From the NCBI RefSeq assembly GCF_001194135.2, contig NC_068983.1, positions 115,740,132 through 115,785,694 on the forward strand: DNA of 45,563 nt, read 5' to 3'. The position numbers and the translations under genes were made by a program. Source of the DNA: Octopus bimaculoides (taxonomy: Eukaryota). The notes under the pieces were generated by a model. It saw nothing but the letters and a program-made list of their open reading frames with translations, did not search any database and was not told the DNA's origin. Below are positions 35,291 to 45,563 of this stretch, piece after piece. How positions within the stretch are numbered: the stretch's first letter is position 1; the number at the start of each line of letters is the position of its first letter.

Positions 35291-35651
35291 TATAAGAAAG
35301 TGGGTTATACATCTTAGATGTATACCTGACTTTCCTATATAAAATTAAGAATATAACGGAACGCTGAACTCCAGACTATCAACTTAAACAACATTTATTC
35401 AGGTGGTAAATATATACATCTTTAGCTCTTGTTTGTTGTTACAGCTTCTGTGTGTGTGAGCATTGTTGTTGGGACGTTGGTATGTAGATGTAAGCGAGCT
35501 GTTGAGCGTAAGTTCGAAAGATGGACGGAGACAGCTAAACACGTCCATGCTCAATCGCTGGCCAGCAAGAAAGAGACAGAATGAAGCGGGAAAGCTTGCT
35601 TGTTGAATTCCACGCATGCGTGAGACTACGCATGCGCACGGCGTTACTACA
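35291..35651 (-). repeat. 5' LTR (361 bp)
   Basis: Partner of 33563-33908. Confidence 0.9.
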
Positions 35652-38639
35652 ATATTTTCATTGACATTTAAGGGATTGATCTGCTTAATTACTGGAAGAA
35701 AAAAAAAAACATTTGAAGGGTTAAAAATGTTGAGTCTTGCTTTGGTTAGATTTAATTAAATTGAATTCTTTATAATATCAGAAATAGTGATTGAATTCAC
35801 TTGAGATATTAAGAGGGGTCAAAGGCGACATTGTTAATGGTATTGGGAAAGTTATTTTTGTTATTGGATTGACCCAGTTAATGTTGCCTGAACAGGTCTA
35901 TGAAAGTAGCTAATCAAATTGAAGAATATGATTAACATCTGGCTAGTGTTTAATTTGCATTTAAGTGAATGCCTCTTTGCTCATCCTGTCTTTGTTACAA
36001 GCAATTCTGTACCAAAATTAAATTCTTGAAATGGGTTGTCTCTTTTGAACAGAGTTTGATGGAAAAGATTTGCTGGCTAAATTGACCAGGCTGTTATTGT
36101 TGTTGACCCTTAGGTCAGCTCCAATCAGTATTCCAGCTGTGATCATTCTGTTTCTTTGAGTATCTAAGATAACATTGTTCAATGTGTTTTCTCCTATTTA
36201 AGACAAGATGTACTTTGATGGAGATTTGTTTGCCTTTTTTAGCAGATCAAGTGATTGGTTATCAGCTCCTTTCTCATATTGTCATTGCAAGAGTTAATGC
36301 TGGAATTAAAACAAGGACTATACAGAGGCACACAAAATACATTTCTATTCTTAGTTTAAATGTCAGGGGTTTGATGGCATCTGTTTTGCTCTTTATCAAA
36401 ATTTCTTATTTTGCAGAAGATCAATAAGACATATAGCAGTAGTCTTTTGGGAATAACAATATATATAATAATAGACTTTTACTTGGATTGTGACCTTGCT
36501 GGGGAACCAACTTAAAGGTTTTAGTCAATCATACAACCACCTGTACTTAGTTTTAAGTCTGGTACTTGCCCTGGTGAGCTCTACTTGCTGAACTGCTAAG
36601 ATACAAGACATAGACAAAGACATTGCCTTTTCTTTTGTACAAGCAGTGTCAATGTAAACACTGACATAGAGTTAGATACATAGAAACACATACAGGCCAC
36701 TCATACACCCATGTATATATATATCATTATTATCAACATCATCATCATCATTTTCACCATCATATTATAATGTCTGTTTTCCATGTCTGAGTAGTTGTCC
36801 TGTTGGATGTATAAAAAAGATGTTGGTAGGAAATTCTTACTATGATCCCAGAGAAAAAGTACTGTGCAAATGACTTTGCATTGTATTCTCTGAGAGTAGT
36901 GAGACTAACACAGTTAATGTTTCCATTGAACTGTTACAAGTCTATGACAGCAGTAAAAACATATGGCGAGAGGAAATTCTGATGAGGAAGAACTAAGAAT
37001 AATGAAGGGATAAATTCTGAAGATGAGGTTGCTGGTTAGTGGGTAGTGGAAGCAATGTGCACACAAAAGGCAATGTTGTCTCCCAGAACCTCAATCAATC
37101 TTCACGTACGTACGTCTATAGTAAAATATAAAACTGTTGACACCCTTAACATTATGTAAAACAGTAGTATCCAAGGAAACTGATGATGATCTGTGTTGAT
37201 GGCAAATAGTAAGTACAAAACGATATTGGATTTCTAACATAAGAACAAGACCAAATATTTTGAGAGATGGGGTAGACAATTGTATCAAACCCAAAATTTA
37301 ATTAAGTTTCATTTTATTGACCACAGAAGGATGAAAAACAAAGTCATCTCTTATGGGATTTGAACCAAGAATGCAAAGAGGCATAACTAACTACTGCAAA
37401 ATATTTTGGTCTGCTACTTTATTGCTTCTAACATCCATTGCAAAAATCATAACAATACTAATTTAAATTTTGGCACAAAGCCAGTAGTCTTTACAGGAAG
37501 GAATGTACAACACTGATGCTTATGTTATTGACCCTGAAAGGGTGAAATGCAAAGTTGACCAAAATGGAATTTGAACTCAGGATGTGAAGAACTGCAATAA
37601 GAACAATGATAACAATTTCTTAATTAGGCATGAAGCCGCAAACAGTTGGAGAGGGTATAGTTAATTATTATGACACCAGAACTTAGCAACTCCTTTATTT
37701 TATTGACCCAAATGGATAAAAGGTAAAGTTTTCTTCAACAAAATTTGAATTTAGAATATAATGAAATATAACTAAATAACTGGAAGGTCTTCTGTTTCTT
37801 GTTCTATCAATTCCTGCTGCTTACTTTTAAAAACAAATATCAATGAAGAAAATAGAGTTATAGCTCTGTTTTTGTCTATGACATCTAAGAGATGGAATGA
37901 AGTTAATGCTTGGTATGCCAATAAAGACTAAACTTTAAAAAATTTAGTGAAGAATTCCTGATTTAATATTCATGGTTTAAGTGATTTAACTAAATAATTG
38001 AAGAAGTAAGATGGATTTTGGCTGGCAAAGATCAAATGATAAAAATGGATAAATACTTTAAAAAGTATAAATGTAAATGTACTTCCAACTGAAATAGTCA
38101 TTCTATACAGATAATATAATGCTGAAAATATTTAGAATAAAGAAATTGATCCAGTCTTAATATTATTGCATAATTTTATCTCTTCAACTTGGTGGGCATG
38201 CTCTCTCAAATATTGACAAATTCCAAAGCAACAGAGCATGTGTATAAACACTTATAGATACAGTTCTCTACATTACTTCATGCACAATACTTCAAGCATA
38301 CTAATAGATCACAAACACCCTGCTATGCTATGGTAATCATATCAATGCTTTGTACAGGATCTACATGTCTGCTTTCACATATATTATTTCTAAACACTAA
38401 ACACCATCACTGATACCATATAAGGGTTGTATAACCACTGTACATTACAAATACCACCCTTACAACTGTCTATGCAAATGCTGTGTTGCTTTTATCACTG
38501 AAATAGTCAAAATATATTCCTCACCATTACTGATACTTTAGTAATCTATACACACTGCAGACAACCAATTTTATTATACCAAATGGTCAATAAAACATTG
38601 GGCACCACAAGTACTAGAACAACAATAATTTATGCACAT

Positions 38640-38806
38640 GAGCTGCAGGCATTGCTGTGTGGTAAAATGCTCGCTTCCCAACCAGATGGTTCTGGATTCA
38701 GTCTCACTGCTTAGCACCTAAGGCAAGTGTCTTCTACCATAGCTTCGGGATAACCAAAGCCTTGTAAGTGGATTTAGTAGACAGAAACCAAAAGAAGCTT
38801 GTCATA

Positions 38807-38899
<93 letters not shown>

Positions 38900-38900
38900 A

Positions 38901-38935
<35 letters not shown>

Positions 38936-39135
38936 CTCCTGCCACCACTTGATAAACTGGTGTTGGTGTGTTTATATCCTGTAACTTAGTGGTTTAGCAA
39001 AGAGATTGATAGAATAAGTGCCAAGCTTAAAAAAGAAGAAAGAAGTATTGGGGTTGATTCATTCAACTAAAAATTCAAGGCTGTGCCCCAGCATGGCCAC
39101 AGTCTAATGACTGAAACAAATAAAAGGGACAAAAG
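38640..39135 (+). mobile_element. degenerate SINE family A with expanded (GT)n
   Basis: Head, CORE-like part, ~125-nt (GT)n and tail in the expected order. Confidence 0.82.
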
Positions 39136-40109
39136 AGATAAAAGAGATGAACCAATGGGGAAACCTGTATGTGGTTGCTTACTTAATCTGCTAGAAATAG
39201 CTGCTAGATCTCCCTCATGTCACACACTCTTATCATCATCATCATCATCATTTTGATTCAGTCATCAACAACTTGACTCTCCTGCCTCCATCGTATGCTT
39301 CATAATTAATTATGGTTATGTGGTTAAATAATTAGCCCTGACCTACAGAAGGGTTTAAGACCCTTGAACGAATTTGAACACAAAGCACAAAGAGCTGGAA
39401 TGGCTATTGTAACACATCTTTTTTAAAAACTCTAACAATTACATTTTTTTGTTGACCTTGAAAAGCTAAGTTATTACCTCTTCAGTATTTGAACCTGGAG
39501 CACAAAGAGATAAATGAAAACTATAAGGTACTTTATCCAATGCTTTAAGAACTTCCAGTTTGCTATGCAACCTAACTCTTTAGCAACCCTATTTCTAATG
39601 AAGCACACTCCTTATGTTTCAGTTAATTTTTAAAATGATAAAATTCTTCCATAATTAGTATATCAAATTGGTGTTGGAACATAGCTTATAAAAATTTGTT
39701 TGCATAAAATATTGATAGAAGGTTTTAATTTAAATATGAACATATTAAATCAGTGGATTTGCATCAAAGTATAGAAGTGATCTTAGTTAAGCTGTATGAA
39801 AAGGATTACAAAAATAGATTGAGTTTGAAAAAAAAGAAAGTAGAAAGGCAGACGCAAGGCTAAAGAACAACAATAACAACATACTTTCTCAACATTTCTG
39901 AGACACTGTAATGCACTGTTATATACTACTCTGTCAACCCAGATGGAATACACTCCTTGTCACTACTAACCTATCAATTGTCTCGACACACACCACACCT
40001 CTTGACACACAACCACACAGTAACACATAAAACTTTATATCTGACACTAAAATTAAAATCTAAAGAACTATATAACGCTGAAAATTCTCCTTCCTTTTTT
40101 TACTTGCTT

Positions 40110-40580
40110 GAAGTGGTGAGCTGGCAGGATCATTAGCGTAGCAGGCAAAATGCTTAGTAGTATTTCATCCGTCTTTATGTTCTGAGTTCAAATTCTGCTG
40201 AGGTTGATTTTGCCTTTCATCCTTTCAGGTTTGATAAAATTTCATTCTTTTTGATTTTGCCTTTCATCCTTTTGGGTCTGATAAAGTTGTGTACAGGGGT
40301 TGATGTAATCAACTATCCCCTCCCCCAAATTTCAGGCATTGTGCCTATAGCAGATAGGATTATTATTATTATTAAGGTGGTGAGCTAGCAAAATCATTAG
40401 CATGCTGGGCAAAATACTTAGTGATATTTTGTCTATCTTTACGTTCTGAGTTCAAATTCTGCTGAGGTCAACTTTGCCTTTCATCCTTTCAGAGTTGATA
40501 AATTAAGTACCAGTGAAACACTAAGGTCACTGTAATCAACTAGCCCTCTCCCACCAAATTCCTTTAGTAGGAAGGATTAT
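40110..40580 (+). mobile_element. tandem SINE family B copies
   Basis: Heads at ~40113 and ~40376, each followed by CTTTGCCTTTCATCCTTTC and ending near (ATT)n. Confidence 0.8.
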
Positions 40581-40604
40581 TGTTGTTGTTGTTATTATTA
40601 TTAT

Positions 40605-41055
40605 TGAGTGAGCGAGCAATGCATGCCATCAAAGTGACACTGGGGTACAAATATATGAAGCCCAGTGTACCCATCATGACTACTCATCTGATAAGGGTAC
40701 ACCAGGCTCATGCACCACAACCATATGTGCATGACATGATGACCTTATGTCAAGATAAACAGTGCATGACCTTGCAAGTGGAGCCCAGTTAGTATCTTCA
40801 TCAGGTCAAGTAGCTCATTCTGCTCAAAAAGACCCTGAAAAAGGGTTGTTTAAGGGTAATCAATGAAACACCAATGTTTCCAGAGGTGAATTACTCAAAC
40901 CTCAAAAAATCTCCCTCCACACATGGCTATGATGCTCCCCCACTACTTCTGCTTGTGATCAGGGATGCACATATCATCAGCCACCAAGGGACATTCTCAA
41001 CTGGTCATGGTCAAGCAATTGACACGAAAATTTGTGATATTAAGCAGAATATTTG
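40605..41055. repeat. unclassified probable interspersed repeat
   Basis: Compositionally distinct block bounded by (TTA/TTG)n. Family not recognised. Confidence 0.35.
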
Positions 41056-41189
41056 TTAGAGTCCATCTTTTGCGCCAAGACAAAACATGTATATGATAAC
41101 ATTTCTAATCAGTCAAAATCAGAAGCCATGAGAGCCACTGCCTCATACTGCATCAGGACATTTTTTTTTATTATTGTTGTTGTTGTTGT

Positions 41190-41650
41190 TAAGACTGCAA
41201 GCTGGCAGAATCATCAACACGCTGGGCAAAATGCTTAGTTGCATTTTGTTTGTCTGTACTTTCTGAGTTCAAATTCTACTGGGGTTGACATTATCTTTCA
41301 TTCTTTCAGGGTCGATAAAATAGGTGCCAGTTCAACACTATGATCAACGTATCCATCCTTCAAAATTGCTGACTTGTGCCAAAATGTGAAACCAATATCA
41401 TCATTATTATTATTAAGGCAGCAAGCTGTCAGAATCATTTATTGTTGTTGTTTAAAGCAGTGAGCTTGTAGAATCATTGGCATACCATGCAAAATACTTA
41501 GCGGCATTTTGTCTGTTTTTATGTTGTGAATTCAAATTCCACCGAATTCTCTATCTGGGTCAATAAAATAGGTGCCAGTTGAGCACTAGGGTTGATGTAA
41601 TCAACTAACCCTCTCCCCAAACTTGCTGGCCTGGTGTCAAGATTTGAAAC
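41190..41650 (+). mobile_element. tandem degenerate SINE family B copies
   Basis: Repeated GCAAGCTG.CAGAATCAT heads and GAGTTCAAATTC boxes. Confidence 0.75.
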
Positions 41651-41651
41651 C

Positions 41652-43225
41652 CAGGAATCACTGCAGAGATGCTCAAAATATCTGGCAGTGTTGGCTACAG
41701 CCTAGTCACCCGTATTACGAACCAGGTGATACACGAAGGAGTCATACCCAATGACTGGTGTAGCAACACCATAGTCAACTGCTACAAAGGTAAAGGTGAC
41801 GCTTTAGATACAAATAATTACAGAGGCATCAAGCTGTTAGATCAGGTTATGAAAGTTACGGAGAGGGTCATAGCCCAACTAATTAGGGAGCGAATCAATT
41901 TAGATGAGATGCAGTTTGGGTTCGTGCCAGGTAAAAGCACCACTACACTCTCTGAGTGGTTGGCGTTAGGAAGGGCATCCAGCTGTAGAAACTCTGCCAA
42001 ATCAGATTGGAGCCTGGTGTTGCCATCCGGTTTCACCAATCCTCAGTCAAATTATCCAACCCATGCTAGCATGGAAAGCGGACGTTAAACGATGATGATG
42101 ATGATNNNNNNNNNNNNNNNNNNNNNNNNNNNNNNNNNNNNNNNNNNNNNNNNNNNNNNNNNNNNNNNNNNNNNNNNNNNNNNNNNNNNNNNNNNNNNNN
42201 NNNNNNNNNNNNNNNNNNNNNNNNNNNNNNNNNNNNNNNNNNNNNNNNNNNNNNNNNNNNNNNNNNNNNNNNNNNNNNNNNNNNNNNNNNNNNNNNNNNN
42301 NNNNNNNNNNNNNNNNNNNNNNNNNNNNNNNNNNNNNNNNNNNNNNNNNNNNNNNNNNNNNNNNNNNNNNNNNNNNNNNNNNNNNNNNNNNNNNNNNNNN
42401 NNNNNNNNNNNNNNNNNNNNNNNNNNNNNNNNNNNNNNNNNNNNNNNNNNNNNNNNNNNNNNNNNNNNNNNNNNNNNNNNNNNNNNNNNNNNNNNNNNNN
42501 NNNNNNNNNNNNNNNNNNNNNNNNNNNNNNNNNNNNNNNNNNNNNNNNNNNNNNNNNNNNNNNNNNNNNNNNNNNNNNNNNNNNNNNNNNNNNNNNNNNN
42601 NNNNNNNNNNNNNNNNNNNNNNNNNNNNNNNNNNNNNNNNNNNNNNNNNNNNNNNNNNNNNNNNNNNNNNNNNNNNNNNNNNNNNNNNNNNNNNNNNNNN
42701 NNNNNNNNNNNNNNNNNNNNNNNNNNNNNNNNNNNNNNNNNNNNNNNNNNNNNNNNNNNNNNNNNNNNNNNNNNNNNNNNNNNNNNNNNNNNNNNNNNNN
42801 NNNNNNNNNNNNNNNNNNNNNNNNNNNNNNNNNNNNNNNNNNNNNNNNNNNNNNNNNNNNNNNNNNNNNNNNNNNNNNNNNNNNNNNNNNNNNNNNNNNN
42901 NNNNNNNNNNNNNNNNNNNNNNNNNNNNNNGGCCTTTGTAGGGTTTTCGAGCGAGATCGTTGCCAGTGCCCCTGGACTGGCTCTTGTGTGGGTGGCACGT
43001 AAAAGACACCATTTCGAGCGTGGCCGTTTTCGTGCGGGTGACACGTAAAAGCACCACTACACTCTCTGAGTGGTTGGCGTTAGGAAGGGCATCCAGCTGT
43101 AGAAACTCTGCCAAATCAGATTGGAGCCTGGTGTTGCCATCCGGTTTCACCAATCCTCAGTCAAATTATCCAACCCATGCTAGCATGGAAAGCGGACGTT
43201 AAACGATGATGATGATGATGATGAT
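41652..43225 (+). mobile_element. 5'-truncated RTE LINE with RT fragment, gap and duplicated 3' tail
   Basis: Encodes ITAEMLKISG..IPNDWCSNTIVNCYKGKGD..NYRGIKLL..QFGFVPGKST. The tail is present at both 41931-42105 and 43045-43219. Confidence 0.9.
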
Positions 43226-43234
43226 TATCATTAC

Positions 43235-43810
43235 TCTTATTATTAAGGCAATCAGCTGGCAGAATCATTAGCATGTCAGCAAAACACTTAGCAGTATTTT
43301 GTCTGTCTTTATGTTCTCAGGTTCAAATTCCATGTGGGTCAACTTTACCTTTTATTCTTTTGGGTTCAATAAAATAAGTACCAGTTGATCATTAGGATTG
43401 ACGTAATCGACTTATCCGCTCCCCTAAAATTGCTGGCCTTATACCAAAATTCAAAAGCGTTTTTCAAATTCTACCATGGTTGACTTTGCCTTTCATCCTT
43501 TTAGGGTCTATAAAATATATATGAGTCCATCACTGGGGTCGGTGTAATGGACTTAGCCCCTCCCTCAAAATAGTTGGTCCTGTGCCAAAATTTGAAATCA
43601 TTATTATTATTATTATTATTATTAAGGCAACAAACTGATAGAATCGTTAGTCAGTCGAATAAAATGCGGCACCGAAGTTGACTTTGCTTTTCATCCTTTC
43701 AAGATCAATAAAATATATATCAATCAAGTCCTGGAGATCAATGCAATCAACTTGCCCCTTCTTTTAAAATCACTGGCCTTATGCCAAAATTTGAAACCAA
43801 TATTATATTA
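43235..43810 (+). mobile_element. chain of degenerate SINE family B copies
   Basis: Three same-strand partial copies separated by (ATT)n. Confidence 0.75.
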
Positions 43811-44042
43811 TTATTATTTATTGTTTCCTTTCATTTAAAATATTTCAGCTGCCTTAGTACCAGGCATCCTTCAGAGGCCAAGAGTAGCAAGGGCACTTTT
43901 CTTTATTATTATTATTATTATTATCGTCAATGGTCATGGAGACCACCACACCCCACTTAAGTAACGCAGCATCCGCTCCGTTCCCACTCCAGAGTGCTAA
44001 CGGTAAGTAGTCCTCTCTTTTCTCTCTTTACCAGCTACTCAA

Positions 44043-44105
44043 ATGGTCATGCTCAAAATAGGTTGCATAAATGTATGTGGCCTGGGGTCCCCTTGGAAAC
44101 AAGGT
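44043..44105 (+). mobile_element. possible L1/Tx1-type endonuclease start fragment
   Basis: MLKIGCINVCGLGSPWK resembles the APE N-terminal motif LKIxSxNVxGL. Similarity is lost after about 20 codons. Confidence 0.4.
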
Positions 44106-44901
44106 TGCAAAAGCCTCACAAACCTGCTCAGACACTTTCAACTGTCTGACAAGTACCAACTGGATATCCTGAATGTGCCAATGTGGACATTAGATTCCTT
44201 ACAAGAAAGCAGCAAACGTATACAAAAACAAGGATGGAAAAAAATGGAGAATGTTACACAAATACAAATAACAGGACATAACAACAGGTGTCTTTCGACT
44301 AAGGACGAATTAAATTAAGCTGGCGTGTGTGGAATTAAAGTTTTACAGCAGGGATACAAGATTTCACAGGCACAGGGAGGAATATAGATGTTACACAGAC
44401 GGCGGCTGAACCAAGAAAAAAAGGTCAGGCTTGGCCGAACACCGGTAATGTGGGAAGAGAAGAGAGAGAGGTAGAGGCAGAGAGACAGAAGAAATGAGGG
44501 GAGAGAAAAAATGACAGGGAGACAGTAAAGTGAAAAGAGGGGGGAAAGTGAGCATGAAGAGAAGGCAATGAAATGTGAGATAGGGGGAACGAAAAACGAA
44601 GAGTGGAATGAACGAAGTAAGCATGAAAGGGCTGATAGAAAGAAGGAAAGAAAGACAGAATAATAGAAAGAACAGAGATGTACAAGATTTAGATAAATAT
44701 ATACTTACATATAAGAGACAGAAGTGTGCGTATGCCACTATATATTTTATATATAAAAAATACAAAATGGGACAAGAATGCAAAACATCCAGACAGTTAG
44801 GTAATACAAAAAAGGGACAACAAAACATCCAGATAGATGATACAAAGAAAACAAGGACGGGTCATTTGGAGTTTTCTTTCCTCAGTCGAGCTCCAGATTA
44901 T

Positions 44902-44918
44902 CTATCTATCTATCTATC

Positions 44919-44974
<56 letters not shown>

Positions 44975-45050
44975 CATATACCTATATATACACACACACG
45001 CATATATATACATATACATACACACACACACACATATATATATATATATG
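44902..45050. repeat. compound (TATC)n/(TA)n/(CA)n microsatellite
   Basis: Seen directly. Confidence 0.95.
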
Positions 45051-45406
45051 ATAGGATTGCTTCAATATTCAAGGAGTAGTCTGAAGTATCTAAGCAACCA
45101 GGGGATAATTAAATCCAAAGGCACTCCTGGAGATTACTTGTGTGGGTACCGTCTTTGTTAGAAGGTATCCAGATGCTCGAATTTTAAAAACAAACACGTG
45201 CAGAATGCGTTTGACCAAAATTGGAACTACGAGCTTGAACAGCACCCACCCTACCTCTCCTTCGCAGAAAGACTATTAACACAACTTCGACTAAAATGTA
45301 AAACTAATTTTACCTAACTCTATTCTTATACCACTATATGTATTACTATATCCACTAACTATTATTCCTGCATCTCTCACACCATGAACTTTAACATACT
45401 TCTCAA

Positions 45407-45458
45407 CATTCTGAAGAGATCTGCCAATCAAATTGGCACATCGAAACGATCGTCAATG
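45407..45458 (+). ncRNA. minimal type I hammerhead ribozyme (Penelope-associated type)
   Basis: CATT-CTGAAGA-[GATCTGCCAAT-CAA-ATTGGCACATC]-GAAA-C-GATC-G-TC-AATG. The core is intact. Stem II is 10 bp with one C:C mismatch, stem III is 2 bp with a palindromic GATC loop, there is a GUC cleavage triplet, and stem I is 4 bp. Confidence 0.8.
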
Positions 45459-45563
45459 AATCATTATACAATCTCTACATAATTAAATCAATGGCTAACT
45501 AGCCCAATTGACTTGCTTCTTCTTGTGTTTGTTTCTCCATTCTCCGCTTGATTTTATATATAT

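Larger units (their letters stand above)
33563..35651 (-). mobile_element. apparently non-autonomous LTR retrotransposon, probably Ty3/gypsy CsRn1/Kabuki-like
   Basis: Direct repeats 33563-33908 and 35291-35651 (TGTAG..TATA on minus), ATAT TSD at 33559-33562 and 35652-35655, tRNA-Trp PBS inside the 5' LTR, and purine-rich GGCAAGGGAGCCC before the 3' LTR. No ORF in the sequenced interior. The clade call rests only on the PBS and TSD type. Confidence 0.88.

Noticed and set aside
6288-43153. long ORFs of 200-390 aa in the ORF track
   Set aside because: They are open only because they run through N gaps.
44391-44828. 145-aa hydrophobic F/L/S-rich ORF
   Set aside because: It derives from a purine/pyrimidine-skewed low-complexity tract, with no domain features.

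Overview
This is AT-rich, repeat-dominated eukaryotic genomic DNA from a gapped scaffold with about 15 N-runs. The SINE, RTE and microsatellite content fits a coleoid cephalopod, probably Octopus (inference, not database-confirmed). No complete protein-coding gene is supported. Most ORF-track entries are microsatellite or N-gap artefacts, or transposon fragments. The window reads as a large intron or intergenic block containing: many RTE-clade LINE fragments and 3' tails ending in (GAT)n; three tRNA-SINE-like families; mariner elements, including a near-full-length 1.29-kb copy with TIRs; a hAT MITE with a perfect 8-bp TSD; a FLYWCH/MULE transposase relic; and Penelope-like relics. The strongest points of interest are (1) a ~2.1-kb LTR element with no visible ORF (33563-35651, minus strand; LTRs ~97% identical; ATAT TSD) carrying three tandem tRNA-Trp primer-binding-site copies, the first a 32-nt copy of the mature tRNA 3' end including CCA; (2) an intact minimal type-I hammerhead ribozyme at 45407-45458 plus a core-mutated one at 25825-25861; and (3) two fold-back inverted repeats. 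One or two isolated exon-like segments may belong to an unrecognised host gene.
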